NCBI GenBank assembly: GCA_963770075.1
Contig: CAVYOQ010000070.1
Span: 1 to 64,000, forward strand
DNA length: 64,000 nucleotides
DNA from: an uncultured Alphaproteobacteria bacterium
GTDB lineage: Bacteria; Pseudomonadota; Alphaproteobacteria; Rhizobiales; Aestuariivirgaceae
Direction of reading: 5' to 3'
Position numbers and translations under genes: made by a program. Under the pieces are notes generated by a model that was not told where the DNA came from, did no database searches, and worked only from the letters and a program-made list of their open reading frames with translations. Of the stretch, positions 1-11,501 are shown in pieces. Every line of letters starts with the position of its first letter. Position 1 is the first letter of the stretch.

Positions 1-1
1 G

Positions 2-415
2 GTCGCCGAGACCGAGAACCTGCGTCGGCGCGCCGAGCGCGAAAAGGCCGAGGCGACGCTTTATGCCGCCACCGGCTTTGCCCGCGACATGCTGAGCGTG
101 GCCGACAATCTCGGCCGGGCGCTGGCCAGCATAGATGCGGAAAAGCGCGCAACCGCCGACCCGGCGCTCACGGGGCTCATCGACGGTGTCGAGGTGACGC
201 AGCGCGAATTGCACAATGTGTTCGAGCGCCACGGCATCCAACACTTCGATCCCAAGGGCGAGAAATTCGACCCCAATTTCCATCAGGCGATGTTTGAGCT
301 GCCCACCGGCGATGCCGCGCCGGGCACGGTGATGGAGACCATCCAGCCCGGCTACCGCATCGGCGAGCGGGTGCTCAGGCCGGCCATGGTGGGTGTGGCC
401 AAGGCGGTTTCCTAG
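2..415 (+). CDS. grpE: Nucleotide exchange factor GrpE; 3' portion only, 5' end lies outside the window
   Basis: The reading frame is open from position 2. Translation (…LRRRAEREKAEATLYAATGFARDMLSVADNLGRAL…KFDPNFHQAMFE…) matches the conserved GrpE C-terminal region. Confidence 0.9.
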   Translation, partial: VAETENLRRRAEREKAEATLYAATGFARDMLSVADNLGRALASIDAEKRATADPALTGLIDGVEVTQRELHNVFERHGIQHFDPKGEKFDPNFHQAMFELPTGDAAPGTVMETIQPGYRIGERVLRPAMVGVAKAVS

Positions 416-927
416 GCCGTCCCGGACGCTCTCTCGCAGGAGCCTTGATCGTCGCGTGGTGGTTCGCCGGCAGGCGCCGAAGTCTTCAGCTCGTTGTAGG
501 CGAGCGTGATGCGGCCGAACATGGCGCTGACGTAATCGATCACTTCCCGCGGTGCGTTGAGGCCGGCATAGTGGTCGGGATGATATTGGCGGGCCAGCGC
601 ATGATAGGCGGCGGAAATCTCGCGCGCCGAGGCCATCTCGCCGACACCGAGAACGGTATGGGCATCGAACGGCTGGTCGTGGGCGAGGCGGCGCGAAAGC
701 TGATCGGCGCGCGGCACGTCGATCGGCACCACCCTTTCGATGCAGGCCTTGCTCACGAACTGCTGGGTTCCGTCGCTGGCACGGAATTCGATGAATGGCT
801 GCGGCTTTGCCATCAGGTCGGACAGCTTGCCGGTCAGTCCGGCCACCACGCCGCCTTTTAGGCAACCGCCCGAGGTCATGATGAGATGCACGGGGACGAG
901 TTGCTGGTCCGCCTGGCTTAGGAACAC
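412..927 (-). CDS. J-domain protein with the J domain at the C-terminus and an uncharacterised N-terminal domain
   Basis: 171-aa ORF. The C-terminal 70 aa carry a J-domain signature (…ISAAYHALARQYHPDHY…ITLAYNELK) including the HPD tripeptide. The N-terminal 100 aa have no motif I recognise. It lies immediately downstream of the flotillin gene on the same strand. Confidence 0.6.
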   Translation of the reverse strand: MFLSQADQQLVPVHLIMTSGGCLKGGVVAGLTGKLSDLMAKPQPFIEFRASDGTQQFVSKACIERVVPIDVPRADQLSRRLAHDQPFDAHTVLGVGEMASAREISAAYHALARQYHPDHYAGLNAPREVIDYVSAMFGRITLAYNELKTSAPAGEPPRDDQGSCERASGTA

Positions 928-1030
928 CTGTTCTCCCGTTCTGCGAGCAACAAGAGATGATACAATTTATGGTTACATCTTAGGCCAGCTTCGTTAATGC
1001 AAGGATAAGAGCGGCAATGCCCCCTTTGTG

Positions 1031-2812
1031 TCATTGCTGCGCTGCCGGCTGCGTCTTGTCGTTGCGGCCGCCGATGATGCCGCCGATGATGGCGGCGGCA
1101 CCTTCCAGGCTGCTGTTGCCCGACGTCACCACGGTGTTGGGCACCAGCTTGCCCACGAGCTGCACCAGTTGCGGTTCGCGCTCCAGCGAGGTGAGCAATT
1201 TGTCCAGCGCCTGCAGCATCGCCACCCGGTCCTGACCCAGGACATCGGCCTGGGCGCGCTGTCCGCGGGCGATCTCCTCCAGATACTGGCGCTCGGCCCG
1301 GCCCAGCGCGGCGCGCTCTTCCTCGCGCTGCTGGGCGACCTTGACGGCGATCTGCGCCTTGACCAGTTGCGGCTGCTCATTGGCGGTGGCACGCGCCTGC
1401 TCGGTTTCGATCCTCTGCTTTTGCGATTCGGTCTCGCGCGCATAGGCATGACCGAGCTGGTCGGCAAGTTGCACTCTGAGCCGCACCACCAGCAGTTCGG
1501 GCGGGATGGCCGGTTCACCCAGGCGGATCTCGCGAATCTCGACGCCAGCCTTGCGCGCCTCGGTTTTGATCACCTCCTTGATGGTGTCCTCGATGGCGCT
1601 GCGGTTCTGGATGAGATCGAGCACCTGGGTCGGCCGCTCGACATAGCCGGTGATCTTGCCGGCCTGCTTGACCGGCACGCGGATGTCGGAGCCGGCGACA
1701 TTGCGCACGATGGAGCGGATAGTGGGCGTGAGCACCCGGCTCTCGATCTCCTGAATGCCACCCACCGAGCCCACCACGATGGGCGCGTTCTCCGGCGACA
1801 CCTGGGCAAGCACGCGCAGCTCCTGCGGGATCTCCCAGCCCTCGACCTTGACAAAAATGGCGCGGTCGGCGGCGGCCGGCGGCACCGGCTCGTCGACGGA
1901 ATGCTCGGTCTGCTTGAGATTGCCCTGCTGGTCGATTGACAGATCGATGGTGCGGCGGGTGAATCCGCCCTTGTATTCCCAAGTCTGCACCCGCGTGTCG
2001 ACCAGGGTAATGTCATAGGCATGGCGGTTGAGATAATAGGCGCCAGGCAACAGCACGTCTTTCCAGATACCGATACAGCCGCGCGGCACCAGCGGCACCG
2101 ACAGGGCGTCCTGGTCATGCTGGGCTTGGCTCACGCGCACCAGCTCCTCCACGCAGTCGACGCCCGGCTGCGCCACGTTCGACTTGACCACCCCCACATG
2201 GCCCGCCGGGATGATAGTGGCGGCGGTATCCTTGTCGATCTTGACATCGAAGAGATAGCGGTTGAGGCGGTAGGAGCCGGGCTTGAGCACGGTTTCCTGG
2301 GGTCCGCGAAAGCCGCCCTTCGTCAGGAACGTGGTGGCATCGAGCATGGCGGCCTGCTGCTCGTCGGCAAAGGCGGGGGCGATGAACATGCCTTGCGTCA
2401 TCGGCTGGCCGTCCTTCGCCGTCACCTGGCCGTAATAGCCTTCCGGCACCTGCACCACATGGAATTCTTCCACCTGGTAGAGGACGTTGAGCAGCGGGCG
2501 GAAGTGGAAGCCGGGCCCGAGCAGCTCGGCCTGTGGTCCCTTCTGGCCGGAAAGCGCGATGATGTGGCCGGGCGGCAGGTCGTCGGCGAGAAAGATGCGT
2601 TTCAGATGGCCCACGCGGTCGGCGGGGATGAGCACGAAGGAGGTGCTGGCCAGAAGCACCAGGCCGATCAGGGTGAGGATGCCGCCGCCCACCGGTCCGC
2701 CGATGAGGCCGGCGATGCCGGCAAGCTTGCCGCCCGGTTGGACCGGCTTGCGGCGGACGAAAGCGAGAACACCTACGATGATGAGAATAAAGCCGACAGC
2801 AACCCGCATCAT
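1031..2812 (-). CDS. SPFH/band-7 flotillin-family protein (YqiK-like)
   Basis: 593-aa ORF with an N-terminal hydrophobic anchor, an SPFH domain and a long Glu/Ala/Arg/Gln coiled-coil region, as in bacterial flotillins. Confidence 0.85.
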   Translation of the reverse strand: MMRVAVGFILIIVGVLAFVRRKPVQPGGKLAGIAGLIGGPVGGGILTLIGLVLLASTSFVLIPADRVGHLKRIFLADDLPPGHIIALSGQKGPQAELLGPGFHFRPLLNVLYQVEEFHVVQVPEGYYGQVTAKDGQPMTQGMFIAPAFADEQQAAMLDATTFLTKGGFRGPQETVLKPGSYRLNRYLFDVKIDKDTAATIIPAGHVGVVKSNVAQPGVDCVEELVRVSQAQHDQDALSVPLVPRGCIGIWKDVLLPGAYYLNRHAYDITLVDTRVQTWEYKGGFTRRTIDLSIDQQGNLKQTEHSVDEPVPPAAADRAIFVKVEGWEIPQELRVLAQVSPENAPIVVGSVGGIQEIESRVLTPTIRSIVRNVAGSDIRVPVKQAGKITGYVERPTQVLDLIQNRSAIEDTIKEVIKTEARKAGVEIREIRLGEPAIPPELLVVRLRVQLADQLGHAYARETESQKQRIETEQARATANEQPQLVKAQIAVKVAQQREEERAALGRAERQYLEEIARGQRAQADVLGQDRVAMLQALDKLLTSLEREPQLVQLVGKLVPNTVVTSGNSSLEGAAAIIGGIIGGRNDKTQPAAQQ

Positions 2813-3163
2813 GACCGCACCTCGCGCGTTGTCGGGGCGAATCGGCTGGGCCGCCGGCCCCGGGAAAATCGGATTATTGCCGCTTTTGCCTCACAGGGAA
2901 ATGACGCTATGGAAACCCTGTGGATGACCGTTCCGGCAGGCCGCGGTGACCGGCCCCGCGGCGGGCCTTTGGCCATGCTGATACGCGCCGTCATCGCCAC
3001 CCCGCCGGTGTCACCCTCGGGCTTGGACCGCGCATCTTATTGGGCGGAGTAGCGAATGGCTCGCAAGCTCCGCGGCCCATCGCACCGTCAATGGAGCCCT
3101 GCCCTGGCAGAAACGGTGGGGCGATGGTGTAGTGGGGGCAGTTGAGTGGGGATTAACGGTTAT

Positions 3164-3188
3164 GGAACGCTGGACAAATCACGGGGTT
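3164..3188 (+). promoter_or_regulatory. Possible ECF sigma (EcfG/SigT general-stress type) promoter upstream of the YegP-like gene
   Basis: GGAAC at 3164-3168, a 16-nt spacer, then GGTT. This is one mismatch from the GGAAC-N16-17-CGTT consensus. It sits about 70 nt upstream of the ATG at 3261. Confidence 0.3.
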
Positions 3189-3260
3189 TTATCGATTGTG
3201 CATGCGGGTGGGTCCTGTTTGCGTCTAATCGTTACTCAAACTTTCGGGGAGAACCCAGAC

Positions 3261-3563
3261 ATGGCTGAAGGCAAGGTCGAGTATTATCAGGACAAGAAAG
3301 GTGAATGGCGCTGGCGGCGGTATGCTTCGAACGGCCAGATCATCGGAGCAGCTTCTGAAGGCTACAAGGAAAAGAAGGACTGCCAGAAGAACGCCAATCG
3401 CGACGGCTCCAAGGACAATTGGGAGTTCTATACCGACAAGCGCGGCGAGCATCGCTGGCGCTCCATCGCCTCCAACGGCCGCCAGGTGGGCCGCTGCTCG
3501 GAAGGTTATAAGGCCAAGCGCGATTGCCAGCACAACGCCAAGGCCAACGGCTGGCCGGGCTGA
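3261..3563 (+). CDS. YegP/UPF0339 (DUF1508) family protein, two tandem repeats
   Basis: Two copies of the Y..D..GEWRWR…NG(Q)…SEGY..K.DC..N motif. ATG at 3261 is preceded by GGAGAA. The longer track ORF starting at 3132 is probably an N-terminal over-extension. Confidence 0.8.
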   Translation: MAEGKVEYYQDKKGEWRWRRYASNGQIIGAASEGYKEKKDCQKNANRDGSKDNWEFYTDKRGEHRWRSIASNGRQVGRCSEGYKAKRDCQHNAKANGWPG

Positions 3564-3588
3564 GCCTCGAAATCCGCTTCTTTCGGTA

Positions 3589-4197
3589 TCAGGGCCTCGT
3601 TACCCGCCTCAGCGTCAGGTTGAGGCGGCCGCCGCCCTCAATGAGGCTCGATGAGCAGGCGATCACGCGATCGATGCCGTGATAGGCAAGGCGCGCAACG
3701 CCGCCCAGCACCACCACGTCGCCGGAGGCGAGCTTGAGCGAGCGCGTCGGGCCCTTGCGCTCAGGCCCGCCGATGCGGAAGAGAGCGGCATCACCCAGCG
3801 AGATGGAGACGACCGGGGCGGCGAAATCCTCCTCATCGGCATCGCGGTGCAGGCCCATGCGCGCGCCCGCCCGATAGTGGTTGATGAGGCAGGCCTCGGG
3901 CAGCGCCTCATAGCCTGAGACCGCGCGCCACACATTGAGCACCTCTTCGGGGATGGCAGGCCACGGTCGGCCGGTTGCGGGGTGATGCGCCTGATAGCGA
4001 TAGCCGGCCCGGTCCGACACCCAGCCGAGGGCCCCGCAATTGCTCATGGCGACGGAAAATGGCTTTCCCGTCCGCGGCATGACCGGGGTAAATAAGGGGG
4101 CCTCTCTCACCGCCTGACGCAGGAGCGCCACCAGGCGCGCCTGTGCCGCCTGATCGAGAAAGCCGGGCAGAAATTGAAAGCCGTCCTGGCCCTGCAT
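3589..4197 (-). CDS. alkB: Alpha-ketoglutarate-dependent DNA/RNA dioxygenase AlkB
   Basis: 202-aa ORF with 2OG-Fe(II) oxygenase motifs (…INHYRAGARMGLHRD.DE…GDVVVLGG..R.AYHGI…) typical of AlkB. Confidence 0.8.
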   Translation of the reverse strand: MQGQDGFQFLPGFLDQAAQARLVALLRQAVREAPLFTPVMPRTGKPFSVAMSNCGALGWVSDRAGYRYQAHHPATGRPWPAIPEEVLNVWRAVSGYEALPEACLINHYRAGARMGLHRDADEEDFAAPVVSISLGDAALFRIGGPERKGPTRSLKLASGDVVVLGGVARLAYHGIDRVIACSSSLIEGGGRLNLTLRRVTRP

Positions 4198-4275
4198 GAC
4201 AAGAAACCTTTTGCCGCCATGCCGCCATCCCGCTCCCCGTGCGGCACATGGTAACGGACCTGCCTGTCACGATTA

Positions 4276-4304
4276 CTTGATGGTAACAATGGCCGCCCCT
4301 ATAT
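4276..4304 (+). promoter_or_regulatory. RpoH (sigma-32) heat-shock promoter for dnaK
   Basis: CTTGAT (4276-4281), a 14-nt spacer, then CCCCTATAT (4296-4304). This matches the alphaproteobacterial RpoH consensus CTTG-N~17-CYTATNT. It is about 140 nt upstream of the dnaK ATG. No CIRCE inverted repeat is present. Confidence 0.55.
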
Positions 4305-4444
4305 AAGCGCCAGACCGGCGGGAACCACCCGCCGGCGACAAACGTAATTGAGCCCAACAGGAAACCGTGCCCCGGCAGGGCCGGGCAAGCGGCGCCTCTC
4401 GACAAGGGTTGCGAACGCACGGTTTGCCGCTTTGGAGGATGAAT

Positions 4445-6373
<1,929 letters not shown>

Positions 6374-6421
6374 CGACCGGCGGGCTTTCACCTCTTGATT
6401 GCCTCGTGTAGGTTCGATGAA

Positions 6422-6452
6422 CGCTCACCCCTTTTTGAGGGGTGGGCGTTTT
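6422..6452 (+). terminator. Stem-loop followed by a T-tract between dnaK and dnaJ (intrinsic terminator or attenuator)
   Basis: cgctcacccc-ttttt-gaggggtgggcg followed by tttt (6449-6452). A partial terminator at this position is the usual way dnaK is expressed above dnaJ. Confidence 0.5.
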
Positions 6453-6496
6453 CGAAGGGGTGAGGGGCCGATCCGGCCACTGTGGCAGGGTTTTAA

Positions 6497-7627
6497 ATGG
6501 CCAAGCGTGATTTTTACGACATTCTGGGCGTCTCCAAGACGGCCGACGAGAAGGAGCTGAAAAGCGCCTTCCGCAAGCTCGCCAAGCAGTGTCACCCGGA
6601 CGCCAGTCCGGGCGATAGCTCAGCCGAGCACAAGTTCAAGGAGATCAACGAGGCCTACGAGGTTCTGAAAGACCCGCAGAAGCGGGCGGCCTATGACCGC
6701 TTCGGCCATGCCGCTTTCGAGGGCGGGGGACCGGGCCGAGGTTTCGGGCCGGAGTTCAACTCCTCCATGTCCGACATCTTCGAGGACCTGTTCGGCGAGT
6801 TCATGGGCGGCGGCCGCCGGCAGCGGCGCGGCAATGGCGCAGCGCGCGGGGCGGACCTGCGCTACAACATGGAGATTACGCTGTCGGAGGCCTTTGCCGG
6901 CAAGCAGGCGCAGATCCGCGTGCCCACCGCCCAGACCTGCGAGAGCTGTTCCGGCACTGGCGCCAAGCCCGGCTCCACACCCAAGATGTGCGCCACCTGC
7001 GGCGGCTCGGGATCGTTCAAGTCGACCTCCGGCTTCTTCACCGTCGAGCGCACCTGCCCGGCCTGCGGCGGCATCGGCCGCACCATCTCCGATCCTTGCC
7101 CCACCTGCTCCGGCCAGGGGCGCATCACCAAGGAGCGCACCCTGTCGGTCAACATCCCGGCAGGGGTCGAGGACGGCACCCGCATCCGCCTGGCGAATGA
7201 GGGCGAGGCGGGCCTGCGCGGCGGCCCATCGGGCGATCTCTACATCTTCCTGTCCATCCGCCCGCACGAATTCTTCCAGCGCGACGGCTCGGACCTGTTC
7301 TGCCGGGTGCCCATCTCGATGACCGCGGCGACGCTGGGCGGCGAGATCGAGGTGCCGACCATCGACGGCAAGAAGGCGCGCGTGGCGGTGCCCGAGGGCA
7401 CCCAGGCTGGCAAGCAGTTCCGCCTTCGCGGCAAGGGCATGCCGGTCCTGCGCTCGGCCCAGCACGGCGATCTCTATATCCAGGTGAGCGTCGAGACGCC
7501 GGTCAACCTGACGCGCAAGCAGCGCGAGCTATTGAAGGAGTTCGAGGCCGAGGCGCGCGACAACTCGCCGCAGTCGGCCGGCTTCTTTGCCAAGGCCAAG
7601 GCTTTCTGGGACGGGTTCGGAACATAA
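6497..7627 (+). CDS. dnaJ: Molecular chaperone DnaJ (Hsp40)
   Basis: N-terminal J domain (DFYDILGV…HPD), a Gly/Phe-rich region, four CxxCxGxG zinc-finger repeats and a C-terminal substrate-binding domain. Confidence 0.95.
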   Translation: MAKRDFYDILGVSKTADEKELKSAFRKLAKQCHPDASPGDSSAEHKFKEINEAYEVLKDPQKRAAYDRFGHAAFEGGGPGRGFGPEFNSSMSDIFEDLFGEFMGGGRRQRRGNGAARGADLRYNMEITLSEAFAGKQAQIRVPTAQTCESCSGTGAKPGSTPKMCATCGGSGSFKSTSGFFTVERTCPACGGIGRTISDPCPTCSGQGRITKERTLSVNIPAGVEDGTRIRLANEGEAGLRGGPSGDLYIFLSIRPHEFFQRDGSDLFCRVPISMTAATLGGEIEVPTIDGKKARVAVPEGTQAGKQFRLRGKGMPVLRSAQHGDLYIQVSVETPVNLTRKQRELLKEFEAEARDNSPQSAGFFAKAKAFWDGFGT

Positions 7628-7727
7628 CGGCCTCTTGTGTGAGGCTAGTCCACCTGCGTCATTCCCGCCTTCGCGAGAACGACGGTGAACGATAGATGTC
7701 GCCATCACGATACAAGGGAAGAACGTC

Positions 7728-8012
7728 ATGAAAGGCTACTGGATCGCCCGCGTCACTGTCACCGACCCGGATCAGTACAAGCTCTATGCCGAGGCGGCGC
7801 CCGAGGCTTTCCGCAAATACGGGGCGAAGGTACTGGCGCGCGGCGGGCGCTCGCAGCAGATGGAAGGCGAAGGTCGGCCGCGCAATGTCGTCATCGAGTT
7901 CGCCAGCTTCGATGATGCGCTTGCCTGCTACAACTCGCCCGAATACCAGGCCGCCCGCGCCAAGCGTGCCAACGCCGGCGAGGCCGAGATCGTCATCGTC
8001 GAGGGCGTGTGA
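7728..8012 (+). CDS. DUF1330 family protein
   Basis: 94-aa ORF (MKGYWIARVTVTDPDQYKLY…) typical of the DUF1330 small-protein family. ATG is preceded by AAGGGAAG. Confidence 0.7.
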   Translation: MKGYWIARVTVTDPDQYKLYAEAAPEAFRKYGAKVLARGGRSQQMEGEGRPRNVVIEFASFDDALACYNSPEYQAARAKRANAGEAEIVIVEGV

Positions 8013-8777
8013 TCAGCCCTTGCGGGCGATCAGATCATAGAGACTGAGGCTGCCCAGTGCCGGCAGCTTGATGGCGAGGCTTTGCGGATCGATGCCGATG
8101 CCCGTGCCGGCGATGTTGACCTCGATGCCTTCATCGAGCGCCAGCGTGAGCCCGACAAGACCGCCGAGCGAGATAACGAAGCCGGTGCCGCTTGCCGCGC
8201 GCGCCACATCGATGCCGGGGTCCAAAAAGTCCTTGCCGATGGCGACGGCGGGCAGTTCGGCGTCAAAGCCCGGCACATGGCGCACCACCCAGGCAACGAA
8301 GGTGTTGGAGTTGGGCCCGGGCCACACCGTGTAGCTGCCCCACCCCGACCAGGGGTAGCGCGCAATGGCCGCCGTGATCTTGGGGATCAGGCGCGCGGCC
8401 TCCGCCCCTGAGCTGCGATAGACCACGTAAGGCCGGTTGCTGTACCAAAAACCGTCGGCCACGCGCCCGTCGCGCTCGATGGGGCTGCCCCAGCCCACCA
8501 CTTCGTAGCGGGTCCATCCTTGAGCCCTTTCGGGCTTCATCACGATCCAGGTGTGGACGGCAAAGATGCCCTTCCAGCGCCCGGTGCGGGCAGCGAAGAT
8601 CAGCACTTCGGCGTCGGGCACGCTTGCAGCCTTGGGCAGAAGACCGGCAGAGGCCCAGTCGGCGCTGCGCCAGCTCGACGGCCAGCCGCGGGCATAGGCG
8701 ATTACCGCCCCGCACGCCGTCGGCAGGGCGATGAATAGAAGCGCGAACATGGCGATCAGCCTGAAGGCACGGCGCAT
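8013..8777 (-). CDS. DUF3750-like secreted or membrane-anchored protein
   Basis: 254-aa ORF with an N-terminal signal or transmembrane segment (MRRAFRLIAMFALLFIALP). It is the only ORF of this length in the interval with normal amino-acid composition. Confidence 0.55.
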   Translation of the reverse strand: MRRAFRLIAMFALLFIALPTACGAVIAYARGWPSSWRSADWASAGLLPKAASVPDAEVLIFAARTGRWKGIFAVHTWIVMKPERAQGWTRYEVVGWGSPIERDGRVADGFWYSNRPYVVYRSSGAEAARLIPKITAAIARYPWSGWGSYTVWPGPNSNTFVAWVVRHVPGFDAELPAVAIGKDFLDPGIDVARAASGTGFVISLGGLVGLTLALDEGIEVNIAGTGIGIDPQSLAIKLPALGSLSLYDLIARKG

Positions 8778-9055
8778 TGGGGCGTCTCCGCTTTCGTATG
8801 CGTCAAAGCCTCATGCCGCTTTGTGGCGCCAGTGGGGCACTGGCAAGTTCCCTCTCTCCTTTGCGGGAGAGGGAGGAGCCCATTGCGCGGCAATGGGAGG
8901 GTGAGGGGGCGGAACATTGACAAGTGCCTTCTGCGCTGCCCCTCTTCCGGCCCTCGCCTCACGGCGATGCCCACCTTCTCCCACGGGGGGAGAAGGCTTG
9001 AGGGCGTCGATGGCGGCTGCTATGACGCGCGCGGAAGTATAAGGGGGGAAGACCC

Positions 9056-9862
9056 ATGAGGCTTGCCATTGCAGGTGCCGCCGGGCGCATGGGCCGGGTG
9101 CTCACGCGCATCGTGCACGAAAGCGAGGGGCTGGAGGTGGCGGGCGGGCTGGAACCCAAGGGCTCGGGCCACGTCGGTCACGACATGGGCACGCTCGCCG
9201 GTATCGGCGAGATCGCCGTCTTGGTGAGCGATCATCCGCTTGAGCTCTTCACCCGCATCGACGGCATCATCGACTTCACCTCGCCGGCCGCCAGCCTAGA
9301 GCTGGCCGAGCTGTCGGCGCAGGCGCGCATCGTGCACGTCATCGGCACCACCGGGATCGCCACCGCCGACGAGGCTAGGCTCAAGGCCGCCGCCCGCCAT
9401 GCCCGCATCGTCAAGTCGGGCAACATGAGCCTCGGCGTCAACCTGCTGGCGGCGCTGGTGAAAGAGGTAGCCGCGGCGCTGCCTGAAGAGTTCGACATCG
9501 AGGTCATGGAAATGCACCACCGCCACAAGGTGGATGCGCCTTCCGGTACCGCCCTCATGCTGGGCACCGCCGCCGCCGAGGGGCGCGGCATCGACCTTGG
9601 CGCCCGCTCGATCAGGAGCCGCGACGGCCATACCGGCGCGCGGCCCGACGGCGATATCGGCTTTGCCACCCTGCGCGGCGGCAGCGTCGTCGGCGAGCAC
9701 ACGGTGATCTTTGCAGGACCCGACGAGCGCGTCGAGCTCGTTCACAAGGCGGGCTCGCGCGATATCTTTGCCCGTGGCGCGGTGACGGCGGCGCGCTGGG
9801 CGTTTGACAAAAAGCCCGGTTTCTACGACATGTCCGACGTGCTCGGGCTCAAGAAAGCCTGA
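9056..9862 (+). CDS. dapB: 4-hydroxy-tetrahydrodipicolinate reductase
   Basis: [14 protein letters not shown]… N-terminal NAD(P)-binding motif and a DapB C-terminal domain. ATG is preceded by AAGGGGGGAAG. Confidence 0.9.
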   Translation: MRLAIAGAAGRMGRVLTRIVHESEGLEVAGGLEPKGSGHVGHDMGTLAGIGEIAVLVSDHPLELFTRIDGIIDFTSPAASLELAELSAQARIVHVIGTTGIATADEARLKAAARHARIVKSGNMSLGVNLLAALVKEVAAALPEEFDIEVMEMHHRHKVDAPSGTALMLGTAAAEGRGIDLGARSIRSRDGHTGARPDGDIGFATLRGGSVVGEHTVIFAGPDERVELVHKAGSRDIFARGAVTAARWAFDKKPGFYDMSDVLGLKKA

Positions 9863-9898
9863 AGCCCACTCAAGCCCGATCTGGAGACCGAACCGCCC

Positions 9899-10522
9899 AT
9901 GCAGCGCCTGCTCGTCCTCGTTCGCCACGGTCAGAGCGAATGGAACCTGAAGAACCTGTTCACCGGCTGGCACGATGTCGGCCTGACCGAAAAGGGCGTT
10001 GTGGAAGCCAAGGCTGCCGGGCAGCGCCTGAAGGCCAAGGGCCTCCAATTCGACATCGCCTTCACCAGCGCCCTCACCCGCGCCCAGAAGACGCTTGACC
10101 TGATGCTGGACAAGCTGGGGCAGACGGGGCTCGAGACGATACGCGATCAGGCCCTCAACGAACGTGACTATGGTGATTTGACCGGCCTCAACAAGGACGA
10201 TGCGAGGAAGCGCTGGGGCGACGAGCAGGTGCATACATGGCGCCGCTCCTTTGCCGTCGCCCCGCCCGGCGGCGAGAGCCTGCGCGACACGCTTGCCCGC
10301 GCGCTGCCCTACTACATGATCCATATCCAGCCCGAGGTGCTGTCGGGCCGGCGGGTGCTGATCTCGGCGCACGGCAATTCCCTGCGCGCGCTGATCATGG
10401 CGCTGGAGGGGCTTACACCGGATGAGATCGTCAAGCGCGAGCTGGCAACGGGCCTGCCCATCGTCTACCGGCTCAAGGCCGACAGCCGCATCGAGAGCCG
10501 CGAGATCCTCGACAGCGATTAG
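9899..10522 (+). CDS. gpmA: 2,3-bisphosphoglycerate-dependent phosphoglycerate mutase
   Basis: [20 protein letters not shown]… shows the histidine-phosphatase RHG motif and the dPGM family signature. Confidence 0.9.
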   Translation: MQRLLVLVRHGQSEWNLKNLFTGWHDVGLTEKGVVEAKAAGQRLKAKGLQFDIAFTSALTRAQKTLDLMLDKLGQTGLETIRDQALNERDYGDLTGLNKDDARKRWGDEQVHTWRRSFAVAPPGGESLRDTLARALPYYMIHIQPEVLSGRRVLISAHGNSLRALIMALEGLTPDEIVKRELATGLPIVYRLKADSRIESREILDSD

Positions 10523-11433
10523 GCCGCCTGCGCCAGCCCGGCCTCCCAGCCGAGGATGGCGCGCTTGCGGGTGAGGCCCCAGTGATAGCCGCACAGGTTC
10601 CCCGACTTGCCCATGACGCGGTGGCAGGGCACCACGAAGGAAATGGGATTGCGCCCCACCGCCGCCCCCACCGCGCGCGCCGCCGACGGCTTTTCGATAT
10701 GGCGGGCGATGTCGGAATAGGTCGAGGCCGCGCCGAGCGGGATGCGCAGCAGCGTCTCCCACACCCTGATCTCGAAATCCGTGCCGATGAAGACGACGCG
10801 CAAGGGCTCATCCGGCGCCCAGCGATGGGGATCGAAAATACGCGCCGCGTAAGGCGCCGTCGCCGCCTCATCGCGCAAAAAGGTCGCCTTGGGCCAGCGG
10901 CCCATCATGTCGGCAAGGCTTGCCTCGTCCTGGCCGGGATCGGCGAAGGCGAGGCCGGCAAGGCCCTGGTCGGTCACCATCACCACGGCGGTGCCGAAGG
11001 GGCAGGGGTGCAGGCCGTAGCGGATCGTCAGCCCTTCGCCTTTCGCCTTGTAGATGCCGGGCGACATGGCGTCGTGGGTGATGAAGAGATCGTGCAGGCG
11101 GCCTGGCCCTGACAGCCCGGTCTCGTAGGTCGTGTCGAGCACTGAGGCCGAGGCGCGCAGCATGGCTCGGGCATGATCGAGGGTGAGCGCCTGCAGGAAG
11201 GCCTTCGGGCTGAGGCCCGCCCAGCGCGTGAACACGCGTTGCAGGTGGAAGGGGCTTAGAGCCACATGCTCGGCCACTCTTTCCAGTGGGGGTTGCTCGC
11301 GCCAGTTGGCATAGATGAACTCGAGCGCCGCGCGCACGGTGTCGTAGTCGGTGGCCGGGCCAAGGGCGTGGTGGGGGATTTCGGCGCCACTGTGGCCGGT
11401 AGTCAGGGCAGTCATCATCATGGCATTCACCAT
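10519..11433 (-). CDS. Ada-like regulator/repair protein: AraC-type HTH fused to a methylated-DNA-[protein]-cysteine S-methyltransferase domain
   Basis: The C-terminus carries the PCHRV active-site motif of O6-alkylguanine transferases (…[20 protein letters not shown]…). The middle has an AraC-type HTH. I set the start at MVNAMMM (11433); the 578-aa track ORF is an upstream over-extension. The N-terminal methylphosphotriester Cys4 zinc domain is absent. The 3' end overlaps the gpmA stop by 4 bp in convergent orientation. Confidence 0.75.
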   Translation of the reverse strand: MVNAMMMTALTTGHSGAEIPHHALGPATDYDTVRAALEFIYANWREQPPLERVAEHVALSPFHLQRVFTRWAGLSPKAFLQALTLDHARAMLRASASVLDTTYETGLSGPGRLHDLFITHDAMSPGIYKAKGEGLTIRYGLHPCPFGTAVVMVTDQGLAGLAFADPGQDEASLADMMGRWPKATFLRDEAATAPYAARIFDPHRWAPDEPLRVVFIGTDFEIRVWETLLRIPLGAASTYSDIARHIEKPSAARAVGAAVGRNPISFVVPCHRVMGKSGNLCGYHWGLTRKRAILGWEAGLAQAA

Positions 11434-11501
11434 CGAATTGCGTGATGGGGCCAAATCTAGGGGTGCGAGGGCGGCGTGGCCACCCGAAACTTGCGCCGTT
11501 C

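Noticed and set aside
4198-4444. CIRCE/HrcA operator upstream of dnaK
   Set aside because: No TTAGCACTC-N9-GAGTGCTAA-like inverted repeat is present. An RpoH-type promoter is present instead.
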